Source: Nitrospirota bacterium
GTDB lineage: Bacteria > Nitrospirota > JACRHJ01
Direction: 5' to 3'
Length of the DNA: 64,000 nucleotides
Assembly: GCA_963845245.1 (NCBI GenBank)
Contig: CAWJRJ010000021.1
Location: 160,001-224,000, forward strand
A model generated the notes under the pieces. That model had not been told where the DNA came from and made no database searches. It saw only the letters and a list, made by a program, of their open reading frames with translations. The number at the start of each line of letters is the position of its first letter. Position 1 is the stretch's first letter. Position numbers and translations under genes: made by a program. This document shows, in pieces, positions 10,032-19,250 of the stretch.

Positions 10032-11536
10032 TGAACAGGACAATGCCCCCGGAATTCCGGGTTAGAATCGACCATGACAGGTGCAGGAAGTGCAAGAGGT
10101 GCCTCCAGAGCTGCAGTTTCGGCGTCTACGAGTTCCATGACCGGGTGATGCCCGACAGCAACAAGTGCGTCGCATGCAACCGCTGCGTCGCCATGTGCCC
10201 TGAGGACTGCATCACCATAACGGACTCCCCGAACGTGTACAAGGACCATCCGAACTGGTCGCTCCAGATCCGCAAGAACGTCTGGAAACAGGCCGAGACG
10301 GGCGGCGTCCTCCTCACCGGTATGGGCAACGACAGGCCGTACCCCATCATCTTCGACCACCTGGTCGTCGACGCATGCCAGGTAACGAACCCGTCTATCG
10401 ACCCGCTCAGGGAGCCGATGGAGCTTCGCACCTTCCTTGGCCGCAAGCCGGACAGGGCCGATTTGGAGATGAAGGACGGCAAGCCGCACCTCAAAGAAAA
10501 GATGCCGCCGAACATACAGCTCGAAGTCCCCATAATCTTCGCGCCGATGTCGTTCGGTGCCATCAGCCTGAACGCCCACAAGGCGATGGCGATGGCCGCC
10601 AAGGAGTACGGCACGGTATACGGCACAGGCGAGGGCGGCCTTCACAAGGACCTCTACGAATACGGCCCGTGGACGATAGTCCAGTGCGCGTCGGGCCGCT
10701 TCGGCGTCCACAGCGAATATCTTAACGCGGGCGTCGCGGTCGAGATCAAGGTCGGCCAGGGCGCAAAGCCCGGCATCGGCGGCCACCTCCCCGGCGAGAA
10801 GATAGGCGCGGAGATATCCCAGCACCAGGATGATACCGATCGGCACGGACGCACTTTCGCCCGCGCCGCACCACGATATATATTCGATAGAAGACCTCCG
10901 CCAGCTCATCTACGCGCTCAAGGAGGCGACCGGCTACAAGCCTGTCTCCGTAAAGATAGCATGCGTGCATAACGTCGCGGCGATTGCCACCGGCATCGTG
11001 CGCGCGGGCGCGGACATAGTATACCTGGACGGCTTCAAGGGCGGCACGGGCGCTGCCCCCACCATGATACGCGACCATGTCGGCATACCCATCGAGCTTG
11101 CGCATCGCGGCGGTCGATGACCGTCTCCGTCAGGAGGGCATAAGGAACCAGGCGTCCATCGTGGCGGCGGGCGGCATACGCTCCAGCGCGGACGCGGTAA
11201 AGGCCATATGCCTCGGCGCGGACGCATGCGCGATAGGCACGGCGGCGCTTCTTGCGCTGGGCTGCTCGCTCTGCCAGAAGTGCTACACGGGCAACTGCGC
11301 GTGGGGCATCTGCACGCAGAAGCCGGAGCTTACCCGCAGGCTCGACCCCGAGTGGGGCGCGATGCGGCTCGGCAACCTGCTCCGTGCATGGAGCCATGAG
11401 ATCAAAGGAGTTCCTGGGCGCGCTGGGCGTCAACTCCATCGAGAGCATGAGGGGAAGCCGCGAGAGGCTTCGCGGACTCGGCCTCGATGCGCAGACGCTC
11501 GAAATACTCGGCGTGAAACCGGCAGGAGATAGGTAG
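10031..11536 (+). CDS. gltB: Glutamate synthase FMN-binding subunit with an N-terminal 2x[4Fe-4S] ferredoxin domain (GltB2-like; frameshifted)
   Basis: Two CxxCxxCxxxC motifs, [59 protein letters not shown], CxxCxxxxC cluster ligands. Confidence 0.92.
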
Positions 11537-11592
11537 TCGGACATCGGGCCGCCTTTTGGTGACCGAGACAGTGTCGGCGCTAAGAAACTTTC

Positions 11593-11615
11593 AAACTGTC
11601 TGAGCGGAGCGAGTT
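11593..11615. repeat. Short dispersed repeat core (reverse complement AACTCGCTCCGCTCAGACAGTTT)
   Basis: Matches 48541-48562 on the opposite strand; variant at 18156-18207. Confidence 0.55.
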
Positions 11616-11692
11616 CTTTGCAGGGTGTGAACGACTTAGAAATCTGTTCATCGCGATAAAGAAAAGAACGGTTTCAGCTGGAGTTCGAAGAA

Positions 11693-12428
11693 ATGACTAT
11701 CGACGCAAAAGGTGTATATTACAAGGAGCTGAACGAGCAGGTGCGCGCGGCGATCCTTTCCGGCGACGCCGACATAACCTTGGACAACGTCAACGGCCAG
11801 CGCTACATCGGCGACGGCCTGAAGGCCTCGGCCACCATAACCGTCAACGGCGTGCCGGGCAACGACCTGGCTGCCTTCATGGACGGCCCGACACTCATCG
11901 TGAACGGCAACGCGCAGGACGGCGTCGCCAACACGATGAACGAGGGCAAGATCGTGATATAGCGGCCACGCGGGCGACGTCCTGGGCTACGGGATGCGCG
12001 GCGGCAAGCTCTTCATAAAGGGCGACGTCGGCTACCGCGTCGGCATACACATGAAGGGCTTCAAGGACAAGCTGCCGGTCATAATCGCGGGCGGCACGGC
12101 GGGCGACTTCTTCGGCGAGTACATGGCCGGGGGCTACCTCATCCTTCTGGGCATCGGCCGCGACAAGGACACGCCCATCGCGGGCGACTACGTCGGCACC
12201 GGTATGCACGGCGGCGTGATGTACATACGCGGCGAGGTTGACCCGCTGAAGTGCGGCGCGGAGGTCGGCATCGTCGAGCTTACCGAGGAAGACAATGCCA
12301 TCCTTGAGAAGTACCTGAAGGAGTTCTGCGAGGATACCGGCTACAACTACGACGAGATAATGAAGGAGAAGTTCATAAAGCTCTACCCGAAGTCTTCCAG
12401 GCCGTACGGCAGGCTTTACGCGTATTAA
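11693..12428 (+). CDS. Glutamate synthase GXGXG subunit (GltB3-like; one frameshift at about 11961)
   Basis: NGQRYIGDG, GVPGNDLAAFMDG, GNAQDGVANTM, GYRVGIHMK, GDFFGEYMAGG, GTGMHGG. Confidence 0.9.
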
Positions 12429-12438
12429 TTAACTGCTT

Positions 12439-12476
12439 GTCATTGCGAGGCCCGCAGGTTGGGCCGTGGCAATCTC
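12439..12476. repeat. GTCATTGCGAG...GCAATCTC palindromic element
   Basis: Hairpin TTGCGAGGCCC...GGGCCGTGGCAA directly after the gltB3 stop. Confidence 0.55.
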
Positions 12477-12485
12477 GCTTTAATT

Positions 12486-12520
12486 GTAGGGGCCGACCAT
12501 CGTGTCGGCCCTTTTTTATT
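12486..12520 (+). repeat. GTAG-type REP palindrome plus T-tract (likely also a terminator)
   Basis: GTAGGGGCCGACCATCGTGTCGGCCCTTTTTTATT. Confidence 0.75.
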
Positions 12521-13114
12521 TTAAATTGGGGTCGAGTTCCGTTGCCTTCTTGAAGGCAGCCGCTGCTTCGTCTTTCCGGCCGAGCTTGTCGAGCGCGAGG
12601 CCCTTGTTGTAGTGTGCGATAGCAAGTTTGTGATCGAGCCTTATGGCCTTGTCATACTCCGAAATCGCATCTTCATATTTGCCGAGTTTGTGAAGCGCGC
12701 CGCCTTGCTGTTGTATGCGTAAGCATATTTAGGGTCGAGTTCGATAGTCTTATCGTATAGGGCTATCGCCTCCTCAAACTTGCCGAGATAGCTGAGCGCT
12801 AACCCCTTGTTGTAGTACGCAAAAGCGAATTTGGGGTTGAGCTTTATGGCCTTGTCGTACTCTATAATAGCCTTTTCATGCTTGCCGAGGTTATCAAGCG
12901 CGGCACCTTTGTTGTCGTAAAAGTTCGCAAATTTGGGATATAGTGTTATAGCCTTGTCAAACTCAACAATTGCGTTCTCGTAATTGCCTTGTTTAGAGAG
13001 GCTTTGACCTTCCGCAGAATGTCCGAATGCTTTCCCCATGTTCGTGAATTGAAATGCAACGTACAGTACAAAAAACACTAAAAGCACCGCAAGCAAAACT
13101 CTTAGCTTCTTCAT
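12516..13114 (-). CDS. Membrane-anchored tetratricopeptide repeat protein (frameshift near the 3' end)
   Basis: N-terminal TM; repeated YxNKGxALxxLGKxExAIxxYDKAIxLxP units; the shifted frame ends ELDPNLK*. Confidence 0.85.
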
Positions 13115-13218
13115 ATCTTCTCCTTAATATGTGCGATGCGAAAAACTAAATGAATGTGGAATATTATTTTATCTGATACTTTTCGCACAAAGAAGATGTG
13201 ATGTCAAGGGAAACATAA

Positions 13219-13253
13219 GTAGGGGCCGACCCGTGTGTCGGCCCTTTTTTATT
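13219..13253 (+). repeat. GTAG-type REP palindrome plus T-tract
   Basis: GTAGGGGCCGACCCGTGTGTCGGCCCTTTTTTATT, 32/35 identical to 12486-12520. Confidence 0.75.
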
Positions 13254-13288
13254 ATCCAATACCGTATTATTCTGGTATCCTTTTCATT

Positions 13289-13800
13289 ATGGACAAAGAC
13301 ATCCAGGACTCCCGCAACAAGGCCATCGAATCCCTCGCGACCGCGATAGGCTTCTGGGGCGTTGACCCGCTTGAGGCGAAGGTATACGGCACGCTCTACA
13401 TGAGCCCCCGCCCGTTGACGCTGATCGAGCTGATCGACGAGTTCGGCTGCTGCGACTCGGAGGTAACCAGGGTCATCAAGACCCTCAAGCGCCTCGGGGC
13501 CGTCAAGGAGATGGCCGGGAAGGGGCGGGCGAGAAGTACTACGAGGCCGAGACCGACTTCTTCGAGATACTCCAGACGGTGAACAGGGAGCGGCGCGAGC
13601 GCGAGATGGGCGCGGCCCTACAGGAGATATCCGACCAGCGCGCCTACATCGAATACAAGTACGACGAGGAAGGGACCCCGGAACTGAAATTCCTCGTCGA
13701 CAGGCTTGCAGGGCTTGAGAGGTTCATCGGCATCATCGACAAGGCCATGTTCGGCCTCAAGGCCCTCGCGGGCATCAGGAACATCTTCAAGTTCAAATAA
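13289..13800 (+). CDS. GbsR/MarR-like winged-helix transcriptional regulator (frameshifted)
   Basis: FWG..PLEAKVYGTLYMSPRPLTL, KYYEAETDFF in the shifted frame, RRERE helix. Confidence 0.7.
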
Positions 13801-13809
13801 CCTCCGTGG

Positions 13810-13911
13810 CACCTTCCTTACTCCCCCCACCTAAGGGGGAGGGGGGTGAGAAATTCTTCTTCACCCTCTCTTCCTCCCCTCGCCTCGCGGGAGAGGGGCC
13901 GGGGGTGAGGG
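13810..13911. repeat. Tandem C-rich/G-rich palindromes (CCCCTCGCC...GGGAGAGGGGCCGGGGGTGAGGG family)
   Basis: 13874-13911 is closely similar to 17775-17813. Confidence 0.65.
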
Positions 13912-13962
13912 CGTTACCCATTGATTTCCTTGACACCATAGCCATTTATAAAATATACTCAA

Positions 13963-14982
13963 ATGAAAACCGGAGGACTGATTTTGAAATACATCGGCGA
14001 ACTCGTCGAAGGCGAAAAGATAGAGTCCGTATTCGCGGTGAGCGAGAAGCAGCTCCGCACCACCCGCGCGGGCAAGAGCTTCATCTCGATGAAGCTTATG
14101 GACAAGACCGGCAGCGCGGACGCGGTGGTGTGGGACAACGCGGAGGCCACAGCACAGAAGTTCGAGAAGGGCGACTTCGTGGGCGTGCGCGCCGAGGTCG
14201 GCGTATACAACGGCAACAAACAGCTCACCATCCAGCAGCTCAAGAAGGTGGAGAAGACGCCGGAATACGTGACACGGTTCCTGCCCGTCACCGACAGGGA
14301 CGTCGATGTCCTTGCAGAGGAGCTGAACGGCTTCGCCGCCAGCATCCAGTCCGAGGGCATGAGGAAGCTGATAGTGGGTTTCCTCACCGACCCCGAGTTC
14401 ATGGGACCGTTCAAGACGTCATCCGCCGCAAAGGGCATGCACCACGTCTTCGCGGGCGGTCTTATACAGCACACCCTGAAGGTCGTCCGGCTCTGCGACC
14501 TGATATACAGGGAGTACGAGATCACCGACCCGATGATATCCTGCATGATAGACCGCGACATCCTGATCGCGGGCGCGATCCTGCACGACATGGGCAAGAT
14601 AGTGGAGCTGTCCCAGGAGCCGGGCTTCGACTACACCACCAAGGGCAGGCTGCTCGGCCATGTGGTGATCGGGCTGATGGAACTCAAGAAGCGGCTCGAC
14701 ACCACGGAGGGCATACCCGAGGAGAGGGCCGACCTCCTGATGCACCTTATAATATCGCACCACGGGGAGTACGAGTACGGCTCGCCCAAGCGGCCCAAGT
14801 CGATGGAGGCGTTCATCCTGCACTACGCCGACAACCTCGACGCAAAGCTGCAGGGCATCGCGGAGTTTGCGGGCAAGGATGCGACCGAAGGAGATTTCAC
14901 GGCCTTCCACAGGCTGTATGACAGGTGCTTTTACAAGGGGCACCGTCTCGACATAGAAGGCGAAGAGGGGCCCCAAACCTGA
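13963..14982 (+). CDS. yhaM: 3'-5' exoribonuclease YhaM family (OB fold plus HD domain)
   Basis: OB-fold N-terminus, AAKGMHH..GGL..HT, LHDMGK, SHHG, HYADNLDAK. Confidence 0.9.
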   Translation: MKTGGLILKYIGELVEGEKIESVFAVSEKQLRTTRAGKSFISMKLMDKTGSADAVVWDNAEATAQKFEKGDFVGVRAEVGVYNGNKQLTIQQLKKVEKTPEYVTRFLPVTDRDVDVLAEELNGFAASIQSEGMRKLIVGFLTDPEFMGPFKTSSAAKGMHHVFAGGLIQHTLKVVRLCDLIYREYEITDPMISCMIDRDILIAGAILHDMGKIVELSQEPGFDYTTKGRLLGHVVIGLMELKKRLDTTEGIPEERADLLMHLIISHHGEYEYGSPKRPKSMEAFILHYADNLDAKLQGIAEFAGKDATEGDFTAFHRLYDRCFYKGHRLDIEGEEGPQT

Positions 14983-15014
14983 TAAATAGCCCGTTCACGG
15001 GCGGAAACAGGTCT

Positions 15015-15584
15015 ATGAACATACCAAACACGCTGACCATCTTCAGGTTCCTGCTTGTCCCGGTATTCCTGGCCTTTCTCCTGAACGGTTATATCATGCA
15101 GGCCCTCGTCACATTCATCATGGCGAGCGTTACCGACGCGCTTGACGGTGCGATCGCGAGGATGACGGACTCCATGACCGAGATCGGTATGATCATGGAC
15201 CCGCTTGCAGACAAGGCGCTGGTCATCTCCGCCCTTATAGCCCTGAGCGCCATGGGTCGGCTGCCCGTATGGATCACGCTAGTCGTGATAGTCAGGGACA
15301 TAATCGTGGTCTCGGGCGGGATCATAATCTACAAGAGGCGTTACAAGATGAAGATGAAGCCGCTGGTATTGGGGAAGGTCACGACGTTCTTGATGCTAAC
15401 GCTTCTGGTCTCCATTCTTCTTGGCATATACTGGAACAGGGAGTTCTCTTTCATCCCGCCCCTGGCATGGCTGACCACGGCCCTTGTTTTGATCTCGGGC
15501 GTCCAGTACTCGATCAGGGGGATAAAGATATCGAAAAGCGGCAGGGAGACAGTATCCGTGGAGAAGCCAACCTATGAAGTCTGA
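15015..15584 (+). CDS. pgsA: CDP-alcohol phosphatidyltransferase (PgsA-like)
   Basis: MNIPNTLT..R, TDALDGAIAR...G..MDPLADK motif. Confidence 0.85.
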   Translation: MNIPNTLTIFRFLLVPVFLAFLLNGYIMQALVTFIMASVTDALDGAIARMTDSMTEIGMIMDPLADKALVISALIALSAMGRLPVWITLVVIVRDIIVVSGGIIIYKRRYKMKMKPLVLGKVTTFLMLTLLVSILLGIYWNREFSFIPPLAWLTTALVLISGVQYSIRGIKISKSGRETVSVEKPTYEV

Positions 15585-16677
15585 GAACCTCGTCTCGTGG
15601 CGTGTTGACCTTGCCGTCTTCCTTTTTCTGCTTGTCTTCTGCCTTCTTGCATACGCGCTTGGCAATGCGGTCACGCCCTTCATCATCGCCATCTTGTTCG
15701 CATACATACTGAACCCCGCCGTCGAACTCCTTGAGAAGCGCAAGGTGCCAAGGGGCGCGGCGGTCGGCATCTTCGCGCTCCTGTTCCTGCTGGCTCTGGC
15801 CGGGCTATTCATCGGCGTGATTATGATCCTGAAGTGGGAGATACCCAGGCTTGTTGCCAACCTGCCCGGGTATGTTGAAACGGTCAAGACGGAGTACCTG
15901 CCCAATATACAGCAGACACTCGGGGTCACGATTGACATTGACTCGATGGTCGCGGACCTGAAGGAGCGGCTTGTACACCTCTCCGCCGAGAACTACGCAT
16001 CCGCCGCCGGTTACGCCTTCTCGATAATCAGCGGCACTGTCAATGCGATATTCGCGCTTATAAGCGTCTTCCTCGTGCCGGTCCTGATGATATACCTCCT
16101 GATGGACTACAAGAAGATGAAGGACGGCGCGCTCGCCATCATGCCAACAGGGTACAGGGAAGAGATCGTCGCAAGGCTCCGTGAGGTCGAGGGCGTACTC
16201 AAGGATTTCGTAAAAGGCCAGCTCATGGTTGCGTTTATCATGGGCTTCCTCTATAGTGTTGGCCTTGCGATTGTCGGCGTAGACCTGCCGGTGGTAGTTG
16301 GCATGCTCTCGGGTTTAGGCAACCTCGTCCCGTACCTCGGGACCACGCTTGGCCTCGCCGTTTCGGTAGTCCTCGTAATGCTCAAGTACCACGACCTGAT
16401 GCACCCGGGTATGGTTGCGCTGGTCTTCATACTCGTGCAGGTGGCGGAAGGCTACGTCATCACTCCGAAGGTGGTCGGTGAGAGGCTCGGCCTGCACCCG
16501 GTCGTCATCATACTTTCCCTGCTCGTGTTCGGGAAGCTGCTCGGCTTTGTCGGGATAGTCCTGGCCGTGCCGCTGGCGGCGGTGCTGAAGGTTTTCATTA
16601 AGAGCTTCGTGGGAAGCTACATGGGCTCAAGCCTCTACGCCAAGAAGGGCGGCAAGATAGAGATAGTCGAGAAATAG
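15574..16677 (+). CDS. AI-2E family transporter
   Basis: Multi-TM; AYILNP, VPYLG, EGYVITPKVVGERLGLHP, LAVPLAA. Confidence 0.9.
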   Translation: MKSENLVSWRVDLAVFLFLLVFCLLAYALGNAVTPFIIAILFAYILNPAVELLEKRKVPRGAAVGIFALLFLLALAGLFIGVIMILKWEIPRLVANLPGYVETVKTEYLPNIQQTLGVTIDIDSMVADLKERLVHLSAENYASAAGYAFSIISGTVNAIFALISVFLVPVLMIYLLMDYKKMKDGALAIMPTGYREEIVARLREVEGVLKDFVKGQLMVAFIMGFLYSVGLAIVGVDLPVVVGMLSGLGNLVPYLGTTLGLAVSVVLVMLKYHDLMHPGMVALVFILVQVAEGYVITPKVVGERLGLHPVVIILSLLVFGKLLGFVGIVLAVPLAAVLKVFIKSFVGSYMGSSLYAKKGGKIEIVEK

Positions 16678-16692
16678 AAAGGGATCCGTATT

Positions 16693-18116
16693 TTGAAAGG
16701 CCTTAAAGTAACAGACATTGAACCGGGCGGCACCGCCTCGGAAATCGGCATCGAACCCGGCGACGAGATACTCTCGATAAACGGCTATCCGGTGCCGGAC
16801 ATGCTCGCCTACCACTACCTCATCGCAAACGAAGACGTCACCCTTCTCGTAAAAAAGAAGACGGGCGGCCTCATCGATATCGACCTGGAGAAGGACGAGG
16901 ACGACGACCTGGGCATCATCCCGCCCGCCATGCCGGTGCGCCGCTGCAACAACAAATGCGTCTTCTGCTTCGTGTCACAGATGGCCCCGGGTCTTACGCA
17001 AGACGCTGTACGTCAAGGACGAGGACTACCGCCACAGCTTCCTGCACGGCAACTACATCACGCTCACGACCCTCAAGGAAGAGGACTACCAGCGCATCAT
17101 AACAGAGCGGCTGTCGCCCCTCTACGTCTCGGTGCACACCACCGACGACGAGCTGCGCCGGTTCCTGCTGGGCAACAAGAAGGCGCCCCCGATAATGGAG
17201 TCGCTGATCAGGCTGGCGGACGCAGGCATAACGCTCCACACGCAGGCCGTGGTCGCGGCAGGCCTAAACGACGGCGACAACCTCATAAAGACGGTCGAGG
17301 ACCTGGCCCTGCTCTACCCCGCCGTCGCGTCGCTCGCAGTCGTCCCAGCCGGGATCACCATGCACCGGGGCGGACTGTACCCGCTCAAGCTCTTCACAAA
17401 GGCAGGCGCGGCAAAGCTGCTCGACTCGCTTGAGCCGCTTCGGAAGAAGTACCGCAAACTCTTCGGCGAGGCCTTCGTCTATCCCTCGGATGAGTTCTAC
17501 ATCAAGGCCGGGCGCGACTTCCCCAAGGACACGCGAATACGACGGATACCCGCAGATAGACAACGGCGTCGGGCTGGTGCGCGACTTCCTCACCGAGTTT
17601 GCACGCGAGAAGAAAAGGCTGAAATGTAAAACCTCTTCTTTCTCTTTGCAAAAAGAGAAAGAAGCAAAGAGAAACGGGGAATCAAAAACCGCGCAGTGGT
17701 AAAGGCGAAGAATATTATACTGGTCACGGGAAAATCCTTTGAGCCGTACCTGAAAGAGATTGTGAAGTCTATATCTCCCCTCGCCCCTTGTGGGAGAGGG
17801 GCGGGGGTGAGGGGGATTAACCTCTACCGTCCTCCCTGTCAAGAACGAACTCCTCGGCCATACCGTAACCGTGGCTGGGCTCCTGTGCGGCACCGACATC
17901 GCCAACGCCCTCAAAGGCAAAAAGGCGGACGCGGTCATCATCCCCGCCGTCACCATGCGGGACGGGGCAGGCGTGTTCCTCGACGACCTCACGCCGTATG
18001 ACGTCGAGCAAATATCAGGCATCAAGGTCGTACTGGTTGACCCGTCGGCAAGAGGACTGATTGAGGGGATAAATTTCTTAAGCAACACCTCCGCCTATCA
18101 GGACGAGCGCACTTGA
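16693..18116 (+). CDS. PDZ plus DUF512 radical-SAM-like Fe-S protein (several frameshifts, two palindromic inserts)
   Basis: PDZ-like N-terminus, CNNKCVFCF, KDEDYRHSFLHGNYITL, SDEFYI, YPQIDNGVG, TVAGLL. Confidence 0.85.
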
Positions 18117-18155
18117 TAGTGCATTGGAAAGTAATTCTTGACGAATCGTAGCGGC

Positions 18156-18207
18156 ATGCAAGAAACTGTCTGACGAGGGCTGTAAGCCAGAGGAGTTTTT
18201 CTTGCAT
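18156..18207. repeat. Palindromic dispersed repeat variant
   Basis: ATGCAAGAAACTGTCTGACG...GGAGTTTTTCTTGCAT with inverted ends. Confidence 0.45.
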
Positions 18208-18280
18208 AGCAGAGCGAGTTTAGAATTACACTAATGAACCATCCGGGCGCGAGTCTGATAGGCTAAGAAAGGGAGGCTTC

Positions 18281-19132
18281 ATGAACATTTCAGGTAACAC
18301 AAAAGTAATCGCCATCTTCGGCGACCCGATAGAACACACGCTCTCCCCGGCAATGCACAACGCCGCATTCGCCGAGATGGGGCTCGACTACGTATACGTG
18401 CCGTTCCATGTCAAGGCCGAGGAGCTGGGCTCGGCGGTGCGCGGCCTGAAGGCGCTGGGTTTCGCCGGGGCCAACATCACCGTGCCGCACAAGGAGCGCG
18501 TGCTTGAGTTCCTGGACGAGGTGGACCCGTTCGCGGGCAAGCTGGGCGCGGTAAACACAATCGTCAACCGCGACGGGAAGCTCATAGGCTACAACACCGA
18601 CGGCCTGGGCTTCATAAAGTCGCTCAAGGAGGACGCAGGCTTCGACCCGGCGAAGAAGAAGGCCTTCATCTGCGGCTCGGGCGGCGCGGCGAGGGCCATC
18701 GGGTTCGCGCTTGAGAACGCCGGCGCAAGGCGCGTGTACCTCTACGACATTGACGAGCAGAAGCGCGACCGGCTGGTGACGGACATAAACTCCGCTTCCG
18801 GCAAGGTGTCCGCGAGGCCGTCCCCGCTTGACCCCGACTTCATAAGGAGCTGCGACCTCGTGGTGAACGCGACCCCGCTGGGGATGCACGAGAGCGACCC
18901 GCTCCCAATCCCGGAAGGCTCGTTCAGGGTGGGGCAGGTGGTGTATGACATCGTATACAACCCTCCGACGACGAAAACGCTCGCAGCGGCACAGACAGGC
19001 GGGGCGAAGGCCGTCAACGGGCTGGGGATGCTCCTCTATCAGGGTGTCATCGCATTCGAGCACTGGATAGGCAGGACGCCCCCGGCCAGCCTCATGCGCG
19101 AGGTGCTCCTGTCACGTTCTAAAACCGTATAG
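18281..19132 (+). CDS. aroE: Shikimate dehydrogenase
   Basis: GDPIEHTLSPAMHN, NITVPHK, GAVNT, NTDG, GSGGAARA, NATPLG, GLGMLLYQG. Confidence 0.97.
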   Translation: MNISGNTKVIAIFGDPIEHTLSPAMHNAAFAEMGLDYVYVPFHVKAEELGSAVRGLKALGFAGANITVPHKERVLEFLDEVDPFAGKLGAVNTIVNRDGKLIGYNTDGLGFIKSLKEDAGFDPAKKKAFICGSGGAARAIGFALENAGARRVYLYDIDEQKRDRLVTDINSASGKVSARPSPLDPDFIRSCDLVVNATPLGMHESDPLPIPEGSFRVGQVVYDIVYNPPTTKTLAAAQTGGAKAVNGLGMLLYQGVIAFEHWIGRTPPASLMREVLLSRSKTV

Positions 19133-19182
19133 GCATTAAAGAGATTTAATCCAGGTACATATGGAGTTAGTCTTATTACCGC

Positions 19183-19212
19183 TTGACATAGGAGCGTATT
19201 TTGCAATAAAAT
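19183..19212 (+). promoter_or_regulatory. Sigma70-type promoter of the pil operon
   Basis: TTGACA-18 nt-TAAAAT upstream of pilB. Confidence 0.5.
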
Positions 19213-19250
19213 TGACCGGATAACAGTATCAGGACATTCCGGGGAACAAT

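Noticed and set aside
11955..11970. TAG in gltB3 as pyrrolysine
   Set aside because: The downstream sequence resumes in the +1 frame (GHAGDVLGYGMRGG), consistent with a single inserted base.
8730..13253. GGGGCCGACC...GTCGGCCC copies as a CRISPR array
   Set aside because: The copies are scattered over kilobases with no regular spacers and no cas genes; they fit REP elements.
13806..14921. Long alternative-frame and antisense ORFs (e.g. 13806-14921, 9809-10909, 41917-42930, 48553-49554)
   Set aside because: They overlap well-supported genes and lack motifs, as expected for shadow ORFs in GC-rich coding DNA.
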